64,000 bases of DNA from Selaginella moellendorffii (lineage: Eukaryota; Plantae; Lycopodiophyta). Positions 11,791 through 22,594 of this stretch are shown here, piece by piece. Positions within the stretch are counted from its first letter, which is position 1, and every line of letters begins with the position of its first letter. The DNA lies in the NCBI RefSeq assembly GCF_000143415.4, contig NW_003314275.1, forward strand, positions 811,955 through 875,954, given 5' to 3'. A program made the position numbers and the translations under genes. The notes beneath the pieces are model-generated. The model ran no database searches and was not told where the DNA came from. It saw only the letters and a list, made by a program, of their open reading frames with translations.

Positions 11791-14700
11791 AACAGATAGA
11801 ATTTCTTTATTTAGCTGAACATCTGCCATTTTTGGAAATACAAGATGCTTTGGAATATCCAATCATGCATGGTATAAATATAGCGAGGGTATTAAATGAT
11901 ATCCCAATCATGATCTTTCTTTTGGATTTCGCGTGCATGCAGTCCGAGGAATGATGACGTTGCGGATTTCTTTTGGATTTTGCGTGCTTGCATGCGCGCG
12001 GCAATCCAGAAATTAATGGTGGCGCCCAAGTCCGAGGAATGATGATGTGGCGGGATTACCAACCGTTGTGACATTTCGCGCGTGTGAGGTTAGGTTTTGC
12101 ATTTTGCTTTGTACTCGCGCTCGCACACTCGCGCTCGCGCTCGCATCACACTCGCGCTCCCGCTCGCATCGCGCTCCCACTCGCGATCACGCTCACTTCT
12201 CTACAGGTTTCTCGTGTGCATCGGCGTCCACTCGCGCTTGCATCACACTCGCGCTCGCATCGCGCTCGTGTGCATCGGCGTCCACTTCAAGACACACCCA
12301 GTTTGTAACTTCGCCGCCAACTCCGCCGCCCACTCCGCCACCCACACGCAGCCCACTTGGCGTCCCGGGAGATTTCAGCACCACTCTCCAACTGTAAGTG
12401 GCAGAGTAGCCTTGCTGCTACGATCCGCTGCACACACAGTGCACATTTGCCAGCGAGTCCGGCCTCGATTGTCACGGCCTCCATTCGGCTTCAAATGGTA
12501 AGTCTTTTAGGCCAAGTAGAAAATGGCATGAGGCCACATGCCATTCAGTAGCAACATTGGCATGCACCGATTGGGCTCTCGAGTGCAGTCCGGTTACAGA
12601 TGGCGTGTAGCCTCACGCCATCTTAGGATGCAGCCTCAAGACATCTGATGCAGTGGTGAATGGCGTGTGGCCTCATGTTATTTCCAGCTGCTAGCTTTTC
12701 ATCTGTCAGCTCTAATTGTTGTGCATTTCTGAACAGGCGAGGAATTGCGTTCTTCTTCCAGCCACTGTCAATGTGGATGCAGAGAAGGGGGAGGAGCTCA
12801 CCAGTTGGACTTTCGGGATGGAAGGCGAGGATCTGATGCTGTACAACACAGATGGTGGGAGAAAAGAATGCATGGGGATCCTCATCCAAGTGACAGACAC
12901 TCCATGCAGTTCCATGCAAGAATATGGACTGGCACTTGTGGTAGAGACAGCGTCCGCCTTCAAGATCCACCTTGCACATCCTAGCGGCTTCCCGGAGGGG
13001 GGCAGCGGCTATGAGGAATTCCTAGAGGGAGCTAGGGAGAGGTTGTCCAGGAGGCCCACAATTTCAAAGACGCTGCGGGTCTATGAAGATCACATGGAAT
13101 CCACGGACCTCACCTATGGCGATGTTCAAAAACTATATTCCAACATTGAGCCGTTGAGAGTGCCTCCAGTTTGCGAAGCGAAAGGGAAGGGGGTCGATCT
13201 GGAAACTACCCCAAAGCAGAAAAGGGTGGTCAAGCTCAAGCCGACGTCCGACTCTGCTGCTCCAAAAAAGAAGCTACTCGGTGATGCCATTGCCTCGGGT
13301 TCGAACACTACACCCACCAAAAAGAAGAGCCGCAAAGAGCAGAAAGAGCAAGAAGAGGCAGCAAAAATCGTCGCAGATAATAGTACTTGTTACTATTCCA
13401 ACAAAGTATATACAATCGACGTGAGCCGTATCGAGATCCAAAGCAAATACAACCACAGGCTAGTATCTGATGAGTGGGTGGAGAAACTGAAGCAGAAGAT
13501 CCTGGCAAGTCCAGTAACACCCGACATCGCAGACGTGATCCCCTACTACCGAACAATGAAGGGTGAGACGAGGTTTCCAAACTTGATCAATAGGAAGGTG
13601 TTGGACGATCAGAACATCCGGTTCTATGCCGTCTCCGGGTAGCATTCTAGCTTGGCGATGCAACAGATAGTTGTGGATATTATGGTGGGCGAGGAGGTGA
13701 AGAAAGTCTTCAAGACAAGAGTTGTCCACCTGATAAAAGGCAACTCGCCCCTCCGATCTATCATATACATCTCCCACGCGCAGAATGTCAAGCAAGAAAC
13801 GTGCTACAAATCGGGTCTGCACGAGACATTGGCACGAACACGGAAGCTCTGGGTTCAACTGAAGAAGCCACAAAAACCAGGACAAGGACGTGCACTAGCA
13901 ACTAGCGCCTGGCAGGTAAGCCTCGTTGCATGTGGCATAGCATGTGGCCTCACGCCATTTCCATTGCAGGAATTCTCGAGTCTTCTCTCGAAAACACTGG
14001 GGGTCAATGACACACTCAGCATCCATAACATTCTACTCGCGACAAAAGTTGTTTTTGACAAATGGGTAGATGTGCTGAGGAGGTACCATGACGGGGAGTT
14101 GCTAAACTCAATGGGTGTGGAGGACGGCCGGAAGCCCAATGATTTGAAGCTCAACGCCTTGCATTTCTCGCGGTCTCTAGACGACGACGACCTTCTGACA
14201 GTGGCTAATGCTCTTCTACGTGGTGAGGTAGTCTTCAACAAGACCAAAATGACTCCCGACCATATTGTGACATACGAGGACTTGTGCACGACTCTGAGAG
14301 CTCGTGCGCTATTGAAGGATTGGATCTTCGAGCAAGTGGCCGTGGCGAGGGTGAGCATCGACACCACGCAAGAGATGATGGAAGAGCTGGAGTTGTCAAA
14401 TGAAGACATCGACGACTACGTGAAGGGGGCCCCCAAGTTCATCGATCTGCTGCGGGATGCCACGAAAAGTAAAGCTGAGAAGTTGGATCAGTATCCAAAT
14501 TTCATTAAGAGGGATGTCGACCACCGGCTTCAGAAACAGCTCGACCCCGCTGCAGAGGCCTATCGAGAACCTTACCGGGTATACGTGAATTCGGATGAGG
14601 ATCAAAGGTGGAGGAGCATCGTTTCCCGCGGAGATGAGCAGGTCAAGAACATCTTTTGTGTGATGGACTTCACAAACGAGGAGATCACTCATGCAGACGA

Positions 14701-16687
14701 AGTCAGCTCCATCATTGACTTAATGGTGGGACTTGCGGAGGTGGAATCTTCAGTCCACTATATGATCTACGACTCCGAATCCTATCACAAGTTCTGGAAG
14801 GCCTTGAACGAGGTGAAGGCTCGGTTGAAAGGCAAGGAGATGCGGGAGATCCATGGGATAATGGCTAAGAAGAAGATACCGACGAATGTCCACATCTTCA
14901 CACTCGCCCTTGTTATTGGTCCTGCAGCAGAGTGGGACTGGAGTGACTTCCCAGCTTTGTTCAACAAAGCCGATAGAATTGATCTGAGGGAGGTCAATTT
15001 ACCCGTGCCTGAGGAACTGAAGACGGCTATGGAGCTTTCGAATCCAAAGAAAGCTCCAGGTGCAGCATGGGAAATGCTCAGCTGGGTCTTCAACGCAATA
15101 GCGGGTGACTCCAAGGGCAAATGCGTTGTCGAGTACAACTGCGGCGGACTATTCTTTCGAGCCGCACTACTCAAGGGTGTCCCGTGTGTTGCGGTGACAA
15201 ACTCCATTGAAGAGGTGACTTCAATGGAGCATATAATTACAGTTGCCAAAGAAAAACAGTATCTTCTCTACGAACCTGGTGAGTACGCACTTTAAGTTTA
15301 AATGTTATCTCACAAGCTCTGTATGCAGGAGCGTGGCCACCCCCAGATGCTGAAACGGCATTAACAGCTACTGATGTTAGGCCGAGCTCACAACCTGCAC
15401 AAGGTAAGGTCACGTGAGGCCTCACGCCATTTTGATTATAGATCGTTGTGAATATTCAGACACGAGGACTGAAAAGCGCACTGGTGGCGCGTCGAAGAAG
15501 GACAAACAGACAAGCAATAGGAAAAAAGGAGGTACAAATTATATTTGCAATGGCGTGTGGTCTCATGCCATTCCTTGCAGGAGACACTTCTTCAAAGGCA
15601 AAACAGGCAAGCACCAGCCAAGCTCAAACTGACAGTGGTCATAAAAAGCAAAAGCACGTTGGACAGTCGTCGGGATCAGAGGCGTTTGATTCGAAAAGGA
15701 AGAAGGGCAACGAAAAGATGATAGGTAATGCCTCGCGGTTATGGCGTGTGTGCTCATGCCATTCATTGCAGATCAAGGGCTAAGTGAAAGGAGCCAGTCA
15801 CCACCTTCTGACTCAGATTCCTATGGCGGACTCCCCTTCCCCAATCTCAATGGAGAGGTACAATGGATGAGGGATGTTTTTCAAGTCAGGGCCACGTTTT
15901 TCTTATCTCGTCGTCTTCGAAGGGTGCAAGAACGTGCAGAAACCATGTTAAGATAGTCGGGTGAGGATACGGTCCTAGGTCACGCACTAAAACAGGCTAT
16001 GGATGTCTTGTATTTTGAGATGGAGACTCGGCCAGATGATTTTCCCAAGATGGTCCTGGAAGAACAAGCCATCCAGCCTGAGCAGCCTATGGAAGAAATG
16101 CAGGAGGGGGATGAGGAGCCAGAGAAAGATAATGAGCAGGAAGAGCAGAAGGACAAAGAGGAGGACAAAGAAGAGGAGGACGAAGAAGAGGAGGATGAAG
16201 AAGAGGAGGACGAAGAGGACTTGGATGGTCCTCACAATGGTGACGATCACAATAACGACGATGACGATGATGACGACGATGGCCAGCCTGAGGTGGCCAA
16301 AGAGCAGCGGAGGAAGGTCATACAAGACAAACCATCAGGTAAATAATAGTACATCCATTCCTAACTTTTTACCATTTCTAACATTGTCCATGTAGGTCGC
16401 AGAAGAAATGGTAAGTAGAGATTATTCAGTTGAATTAAGATACAAACTCTAGCCTTTAGTGTCGAGGAAGGATAGTGCCAAGCAAGGGTCGAAACGTATG
16501 TCCAATCCTTCAGAATCAGCAGTGCGCCCAAGTGATATCGGTCCTAGTTCCTCAATAGCAGTTGATGGTAAATACAATATAGTCGATTCAATGTGCTAAT
16601 GAGTTTGTTTTTAGTAGCACGGGAGGATACCATCTCAATCGAAGGGAGATATTTGGACATGCATATGGATCCGCCAGTGGACTCTAC

Positions 16688-18424
16688 TGTAAGCGACTAA
16701 TTTTTCCATTTTACTTTAGTCACTTAACCACACCTCCGACCACTTGGAGGAGTCTCATTCACAACCTCCATAAGTCCAACTCAGGACTTGGGGCTTGCCA
16801 GCCCCGAGAATGGCATCCATGCCACTCAACCTTAGCACTTGGTCCAAGTGCTCCACGTGTCCGATCCCATGATCGACACCCCAAGGTACCACCGACGTAT
16901 CGGCCCGTTACGCTAAGGCCATGCCCATTCACCTTGGTCACACCGATGGTCTGACACCACCTGCATCCCAGTCCCGTCACTCAAAGACTGGGCCATCCAT
17001 CCATGAGTGATCATCCCAAATCCACTCCTTAGCATCCTTAGGATGCCCACTGACATGGGGATTAGCCTTCCCCAATATCCCTCTGTCAGTCCCCACTAAG
17101 TCCCTTTCTGCCCTTGGCCGTGTTTGCCAACACTGCCACTGGATCGAGGCCCACAGGCCCGACCACTAAGTCCCACGGTCCTCTGGGACTTCCTCACCAC
17201 ACGACTGCGTCCTTGGTCACTGCTCCAGAGGACTGCTCCTCTTCCTTTCCACAGTCTGGGCCTTTGGGACAACATTTCGGAACACCGTGGCCTTACGCGA
17301 GCCACCTGGGTACTCTCCCCACCTATCGCCTTTAGGTGCTCTAGCCATGGGCTTAGAGCGAGGTTCCGTTGAGCCACACCTGGTATCCAAGTAGGTAGTG
17401 CCACCCACACTTGGACTGGGAGCATCGGCCAGTCGATCTCCCGGGGGAACTAGAGCCGGCTCTTGAACACTGCACCAAGCTACCCCGCTTGTCGGTCCGT
17501 GTTCACTCTAGTCTTGGACTTCCCAGTGGGCAGCTCATCACCCAACACTGGGTCCGGCCTTCCTGGGCCAAACTGGCCTTTCCTGGCCAAACTGGCTCCA
17601 CTGCAGTCCTCCCCCTACTATACTTTTGGAGCTCACCAAACCCCCCAGGGTCTGGGACACGAACGCTTTGGGCTTTCACCCTCTCAGGCTCCAGACTCGG
17701 ACTCGGACTCGGACTCGGACTCGAACTCGAACTCGGACTCGGATTCGGACTCGGACTCGGACTCGGCCTCGGCCTCGGTCTCGGTCTCGGTCCCGATCTC
17801 GGTCTCGGTCTCGGTCCTGGTCTCGGTCTTGGTCCCGGTCTCGACTTCGGACTCCATCTCGGACTCCATCTCGAGTCCATCTCAGACTCCATCTCGGACT
17901 CCATCTCGGACTCCACTTCGGGTCCATCTCGGACTCCATATCGGACTCCATATCGGACTCCACTTCGGGTCCATCTCGGACTCCATTTCGGACTCCATAT
18001 CGGACTCCATCTCGGACTCCACTTCGGGTCCATCTCGGACTCCATATCGGACTCCATATCGGACTCCACTTCGGGTCCATCTCGGACTCCATTTCGGACT
18101 CCATATCGGACTCCACTTTGGGTCCATCTCGGACTCCATATCGGACTCCATATCGGACTCCACTTCGGGTCCGCCTCGGACTCCATCTCAGACACTTCCA
18201 CGTGTCATGTGTTGGTCCTTTTGGGTCCCTTTTTAGAGCCTCACCTATGGCTCGTTTCGTGCTCATTCCTCGAGCACTTCGTTGGGAGTTCCACTCCCGC
18301 TCTTGACTTTTCAAGTCGGAGCTTTTGGTCCAAACGTGTTACGCTCGTTTGGTTCTCGCTTCGGCCACTACCACGTGGCGCCCTTCCGGCTCCACTTTGG
18401 GGCCTAGGGATTTTGTGTCTCACA
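16688..18424 (-). mobile_element. Solo LTR of family A with 5-bp TSD TCTAC
   Basis: TG...CA ends. TCTAC at 16683-16687 and 18425-18429. Homologous to 343-2020, including the tandem arrays (about 17693-18195). No adjacent PBS or PPT. Confidence 0.93.
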
Positions 18425-18979
18425 TCTACTTGCCTGCAAGAGTCATCAGAGCTGGTGGAGGCTACTATCCATATCAACGCCAAGCAAGCTGACCACGCTC
18501 CACTTGATGCTGCCCATACCACTGAGTCAATCTTGTCCACGTATCCAACTGACGGTGACCAGGCGCCATTGGACCCGCATGAGGCCGCCCCAGCCGCCGA
18601 GCCGGTCGTATCCTCATTTCCAACGTGTGCCCAATCGTCTGACTACGCGCCGTTGGAACCTCCCTACACCGCCCCTGCTGCCTGTTCGGTCATGTCCACT
18701 TTGCCAACGGAGGCACCAGCTGAAATGGCGTGTGATCACACGCCATCGGAACCACCCCATGCCACTGTTGAGCCAGTTGTACCAGAGTCTACAGCTGAAA
18801 TGGCATGTGCCCACACGCCATCGGATGCAATTGACCCCACATTGCAGAGGAAAGTATTTCCGCCCTTCACGTTTCCTCGACCAAAACCCTCTGAACGACC
18901 ATCGGGAGCACCATTCGCTAATATTGTAGATGGTAAAATTGACTTGTACCATTTTTTATGCTGACGCATTTCATTTCAG

Positions 18980-19842
18980 AGTCACGGCGAAAGTACTGTA
19001 TCGTTTTTGATCTGAACGGTGTCCTTTTCTCCCATGAGCGTGGCTCGTCCTCGAATATCACTGCACCCTCCAAAGCCTGCGGTCGCAAGTTGGTCAAAAG
19101 AGATAGATTCACATTAATCACACGGGAGAAACTGCGGGATCTAATAATGACCATGCGACACTTAAAACAGAGGGCTGAGTTCAATTTGCAATTGGGAGTT
19201 TGGACATCCATGATGCGCCACAATGCATTAACGTTGCTACAGATGATGCACGATCAGACGCGAGTAATATTACCATTTGACTTTCTCCTAACGCAGGAGG
19301 ATTGCTTGACTATGGTCCATGTGAGGGGTAGCAAGCCCATCTTCGTCAAGGCAGAGGCTGTAGTGATGAACCGGACTGCTAGGTCAAGTGAAATCCTCAT
19401 CATCGATGACTCGCCGATTAAAACTGCAGCGAACACGCACACATATGCAGTGCACCCCATCTCTTGCAGTATGGAAACTAGGGAGAAGAAACCGTATGTT
19501 CTGGGGGACCTTGCAAAACGGCTTGAAGCGATGGTGATAGAGAACAGGCCAGTCCAGGAGGTGGCTGCAGAAATTAACCAAATGGCAGATGGAACGGTAT
19601 ATCAGAAGCCATTTGATCGGACAGACACCAGTCATCATTTATGGCATGTATATTGTCTAGCCAAGCACTATCCGCATCTCCATAATCTGCTCAACCGGAT
19701 GGGTTCTTCGACCACTGAACATGAGCGTGGACGTATTAGAGAAGAGATGGCATTACTATTGGGTTTAAATCCTGATAGTGTGGAGAGTGATGAAATTCCA
19801 AGATTATTGTATAGGCGTTGGAGGCAAAAAATAACAGTCTGA
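18980..19842 (+). CDS. FCP1/NIF-like HAD phosphatase exon (last exon of the cargo gene)
   Basis: CIVFDLNGVL, LGVWTSMM, FLLTQEDC, KPIFVK and ILIIDDSPIK motifs of the DLNG-type FCP1-homology family. Confidence 0.8.
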
Positions 19843-22594
19843 GATGGCATGTATTTATTTAAAAATGTAACTTATTATGGCATGGGGTTCCATGCCATTG
19901 TATTAATATTAAAAGACAATTCTTTGAGAGGATTTGCATTTACAGCATGTTATTGGAAGACTACGAAGTTGTTTTATTAATAAGGGGAAAGTAAAGATTG
20001 AATGGGGACTTGGGCTCCACCTAGACTCAGAGCAACTGAGCCAATATTAAAAGGATGGAAAGAAATTGGACGACGATGACAAGGAGAAGAGAGAGGTGAA
20101 GCAGTGGCAGGGGGAGGAGAAGTGATTGAGTAGACATTTCCTTGTTTAAAATAAAATGGCATGTGCCTCAATGCAGTTGAATTTTGTTATATTTATATAC
20201 TATATAAAGGTTTGGAAACCTTATTTTACAAGTGGGATAATGACAATTCCCACTTTAACGAAATAGAGCTTATTTGAATTCAACTCAACTGCAATAAACT
20301 CATTAATGCATTTAGCTAACACCTCTGAGCATGCTTTGAAGAGGTTAGCTAAGCATGACCAACACTTAGTCGAAACTAAAATGAAGACTATGAGATGGAT
20401 TCCTATTGGTACACAACCTCCTTATAGATAAAGCTATAGTACAGATACCAATATTTCAACCTTAAACAATTAAGTTGGACATCACCATCCTCATAGGGCT
20501 ACCAAGACTAAGTCAAGATTAGTGAGAGCTCACTACTCTCATAAAGTTTAACGAAATGCAAGGTGCAACTTGCCACCAAGTAGAATGCTATAAAAGAAAG
20601 GCACAAGGGTCACCCTTTTTAAAAAAGTGTAATGGCCACTTTTCCACACTAACTTTATACTCTATCCAACTCAATTGCCTTAGCCCTAAAAGTTAGCATC
20701 CTTTTCAGGCTGCATCATATAAACTACCTACTAAGATCTAAGCCAATTAAAGTCAACTCTAACCCCTTCATTAGTTTGTATTGGCTTGTGAAAATAGAAT
20801 GGTTTTCAGGCAAAATAATCAACAAATCAGCCATTGGAAAAGTCTAAAAAATTTTGTGGAAAAATTTTCCATCCTTGAGAAAGAATGACTCTTAGTTAGG
20901 AATGCAAATTTTCAAGACTCAACCAACTTCCTCCTACTTACTATTTCACATAGATTCACCTCAACACAAATTCTCATGACCCATAGTATGCTTAATCCCC
21001 AAACATCATGCCCATATCTCCGACATTCAACAAAAATGCAAAATAAACATCTAAAGCTTGATCATGAAGACCATATTTTCGGGTATCCACATAGCACTAA
21101 CACTTTTCTTCAACCACTTTCAAGATCCAATATGAAGCCAAAACACTAACAAGAAAAATGACATGGAAAATCAAATTCTAAGGAAAAATTCCTCATCACT
21201 CGAAATAACAATGCCACTTCCACTAACACAAGTGTTAGTAATGTTAATGTCTCAACTATACACATTCTCCATCCAACAATCTACTCCATGTGCTAATGGA
21301 TCAATCGATAAGCTATAACAAATGAATATTACAACCCTTTTCCAACACTTTATGAGTAAACCCTCAAGGAAACAAGGTACCAACTTAAGTTTAGCATAAT
21401 GGATCACCATTGAGAATCCAGTCAAAGTTACTACAATGCTACTTCATGCAAGTAAACTAGCTTCACCATCAACCACTTTGAGGTTAATCATTGTTTACCC
21501 AAACAACTTCGTAAATACATTGCTCATTATCACATGGATATGATATAAGTATCACAATGATTTGATCATTAATTGAGCAACATCACAAGCAACACCCATG
21601 TCACTATTACAAAGGTTTATGTGAGTATCACGTGTCAACTCAATTCAACAAAATGCAACATAAATGCCACACTCCACTGATAGAGATTTACAACACCCAA
21701 CACCACTAACTTTTATTCATAACACGGACAAACTAATACTACCCTCTTTCCGACCAAACTCAAAACTAATCCAACACCAAGCTACTCAAGGAGCAACAGC
21801 AAGGTTCTCCAGAAAAGAATTGAACATTACAACCCAAATCTTCAACAACAAGCCTAGACAAAATGGTTTAGCGTTTCACCGCTATCCAACCATTTGTAAG
21901 ACCATCATTTCTAACATACATCAAGGTAGGGATTCTTGATTGCATATTGTGAACACGAGCAATGAGTCAACACTTTGTTGCAAATCATCTCTGCAAGAAG
22001 AGAAAATGATTTACGTGTTTAATCCTTCATCCCTGACAACTCTCTTTTCGGTCTCATCTTTGACTAAACCTCATGCTTGCTTTCACATTGCCTTTCGTCC
22101 AATCCAAGAAAATTTTATGAGAGAGCACGGCAATGACTACTTTAATCAATAGACTAATCCCTACAGTCTTGATTAATCCACTTATAATCATGCTTAGGAA
22201 GGATCCACTAGTGCCATGCTAAACAACTACGGACCAGCAGGGAAAGTTTACTTTCACCCAAAGTACATGGAATTACTCATAAAACCACCGATAGTCTAAC
22301 ATTAATCCTGCCAACTCAAAGGGTAACCTTGAGTTGCTAATATGCCTCATTCATGAGCCCAAGCACAAACTCGTGTGAAATAGAACATCTCAATCCATCT
22401 TATGAGCCCAAGAGCAAGCTCATATAATATGGTACAAAAAAGTAACTGAATCCATACCTAAGGAACGATTGCGAAGCCTCTGCACCCAAACGTGTACCCA
22501 CTCGGATCATCGTTTTCATCTCTACATATGCAACAAGACTAGTTGCCCAATCTCATTGAATAGTACTCGCCGAGACTCATCCTCTAATACCAAA

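Larger units (their letters stand above)
12495..19842 (+). pseudogene. Transposon cargo gene, multi-exon, ~1,600 aa: ParB/Srx-like domain, degenerate amino-DNA-methyltransferase-like fold, acidic tract, FCP1-like HAD phosphatase; disrupted by two TAGs and a solo LTR
   Basis: ATG|gtaagt at 12495, then phase-consistent GT-AG introns (12498-12736, 13916-13969, 15279-15328, about 15404, 15531, 15725, 16339, 16411, 16568, and 18933-18979). In-frame TAGs at 13640 and 15954. Removing the LTR plus one TSD copy restores ..DPPVDSTCLQESSEL.. Confidence 0.7.
5305..20177. repeat. Dispersed 22-bp palindrome ATGGCRTG-N6-CAYGCCAT, about 25 copies, confined to the DNA transposon
   Basis: Copies start at about 5305, 5621, 5710, 6308, 6385, 7727, 7784, 9630, 9700, 9798, 10521, 11371, 11450, 11609, 11744, 12523, 12600, 12660, 13937, 15409, 15550, 15741, 18725, 18800, 19877 and 20156, plus degenerate copies. 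Confidence 0.9.
5081..20269. mobile_element. Giant cut-and-paste DNA transposon, Sola1-like (15,189 bp including the nested solo LTR)
   Basis: Perfect 22-bp TIRs GCTCTATTTCGTTAAAGTGGGA (5081-5102) and TCCCACTTTAACGAAATAGAGC (20248-20269). 4-bp TSD TTAT at 5077-5080 and 20270-20273. Contains an internal DDD transposase. Superfamily assignment rests on motifs and the 4-bp TSD. Confidence 0.88.

Noticed and set aside
17411-18964. 517-aa ORF
   Set aside because: Chimera of solo-LTR sequence reading into the cargo exon; only 18430-18932 is genuine coding sequence.
5305-20177. Palindrome copies as a CRISPR-like array
   Set aside because: Spacing is irregular (tens of bp to kb), copies lie in introns and CDS, the context is eukaryotic and there are no cas genes.
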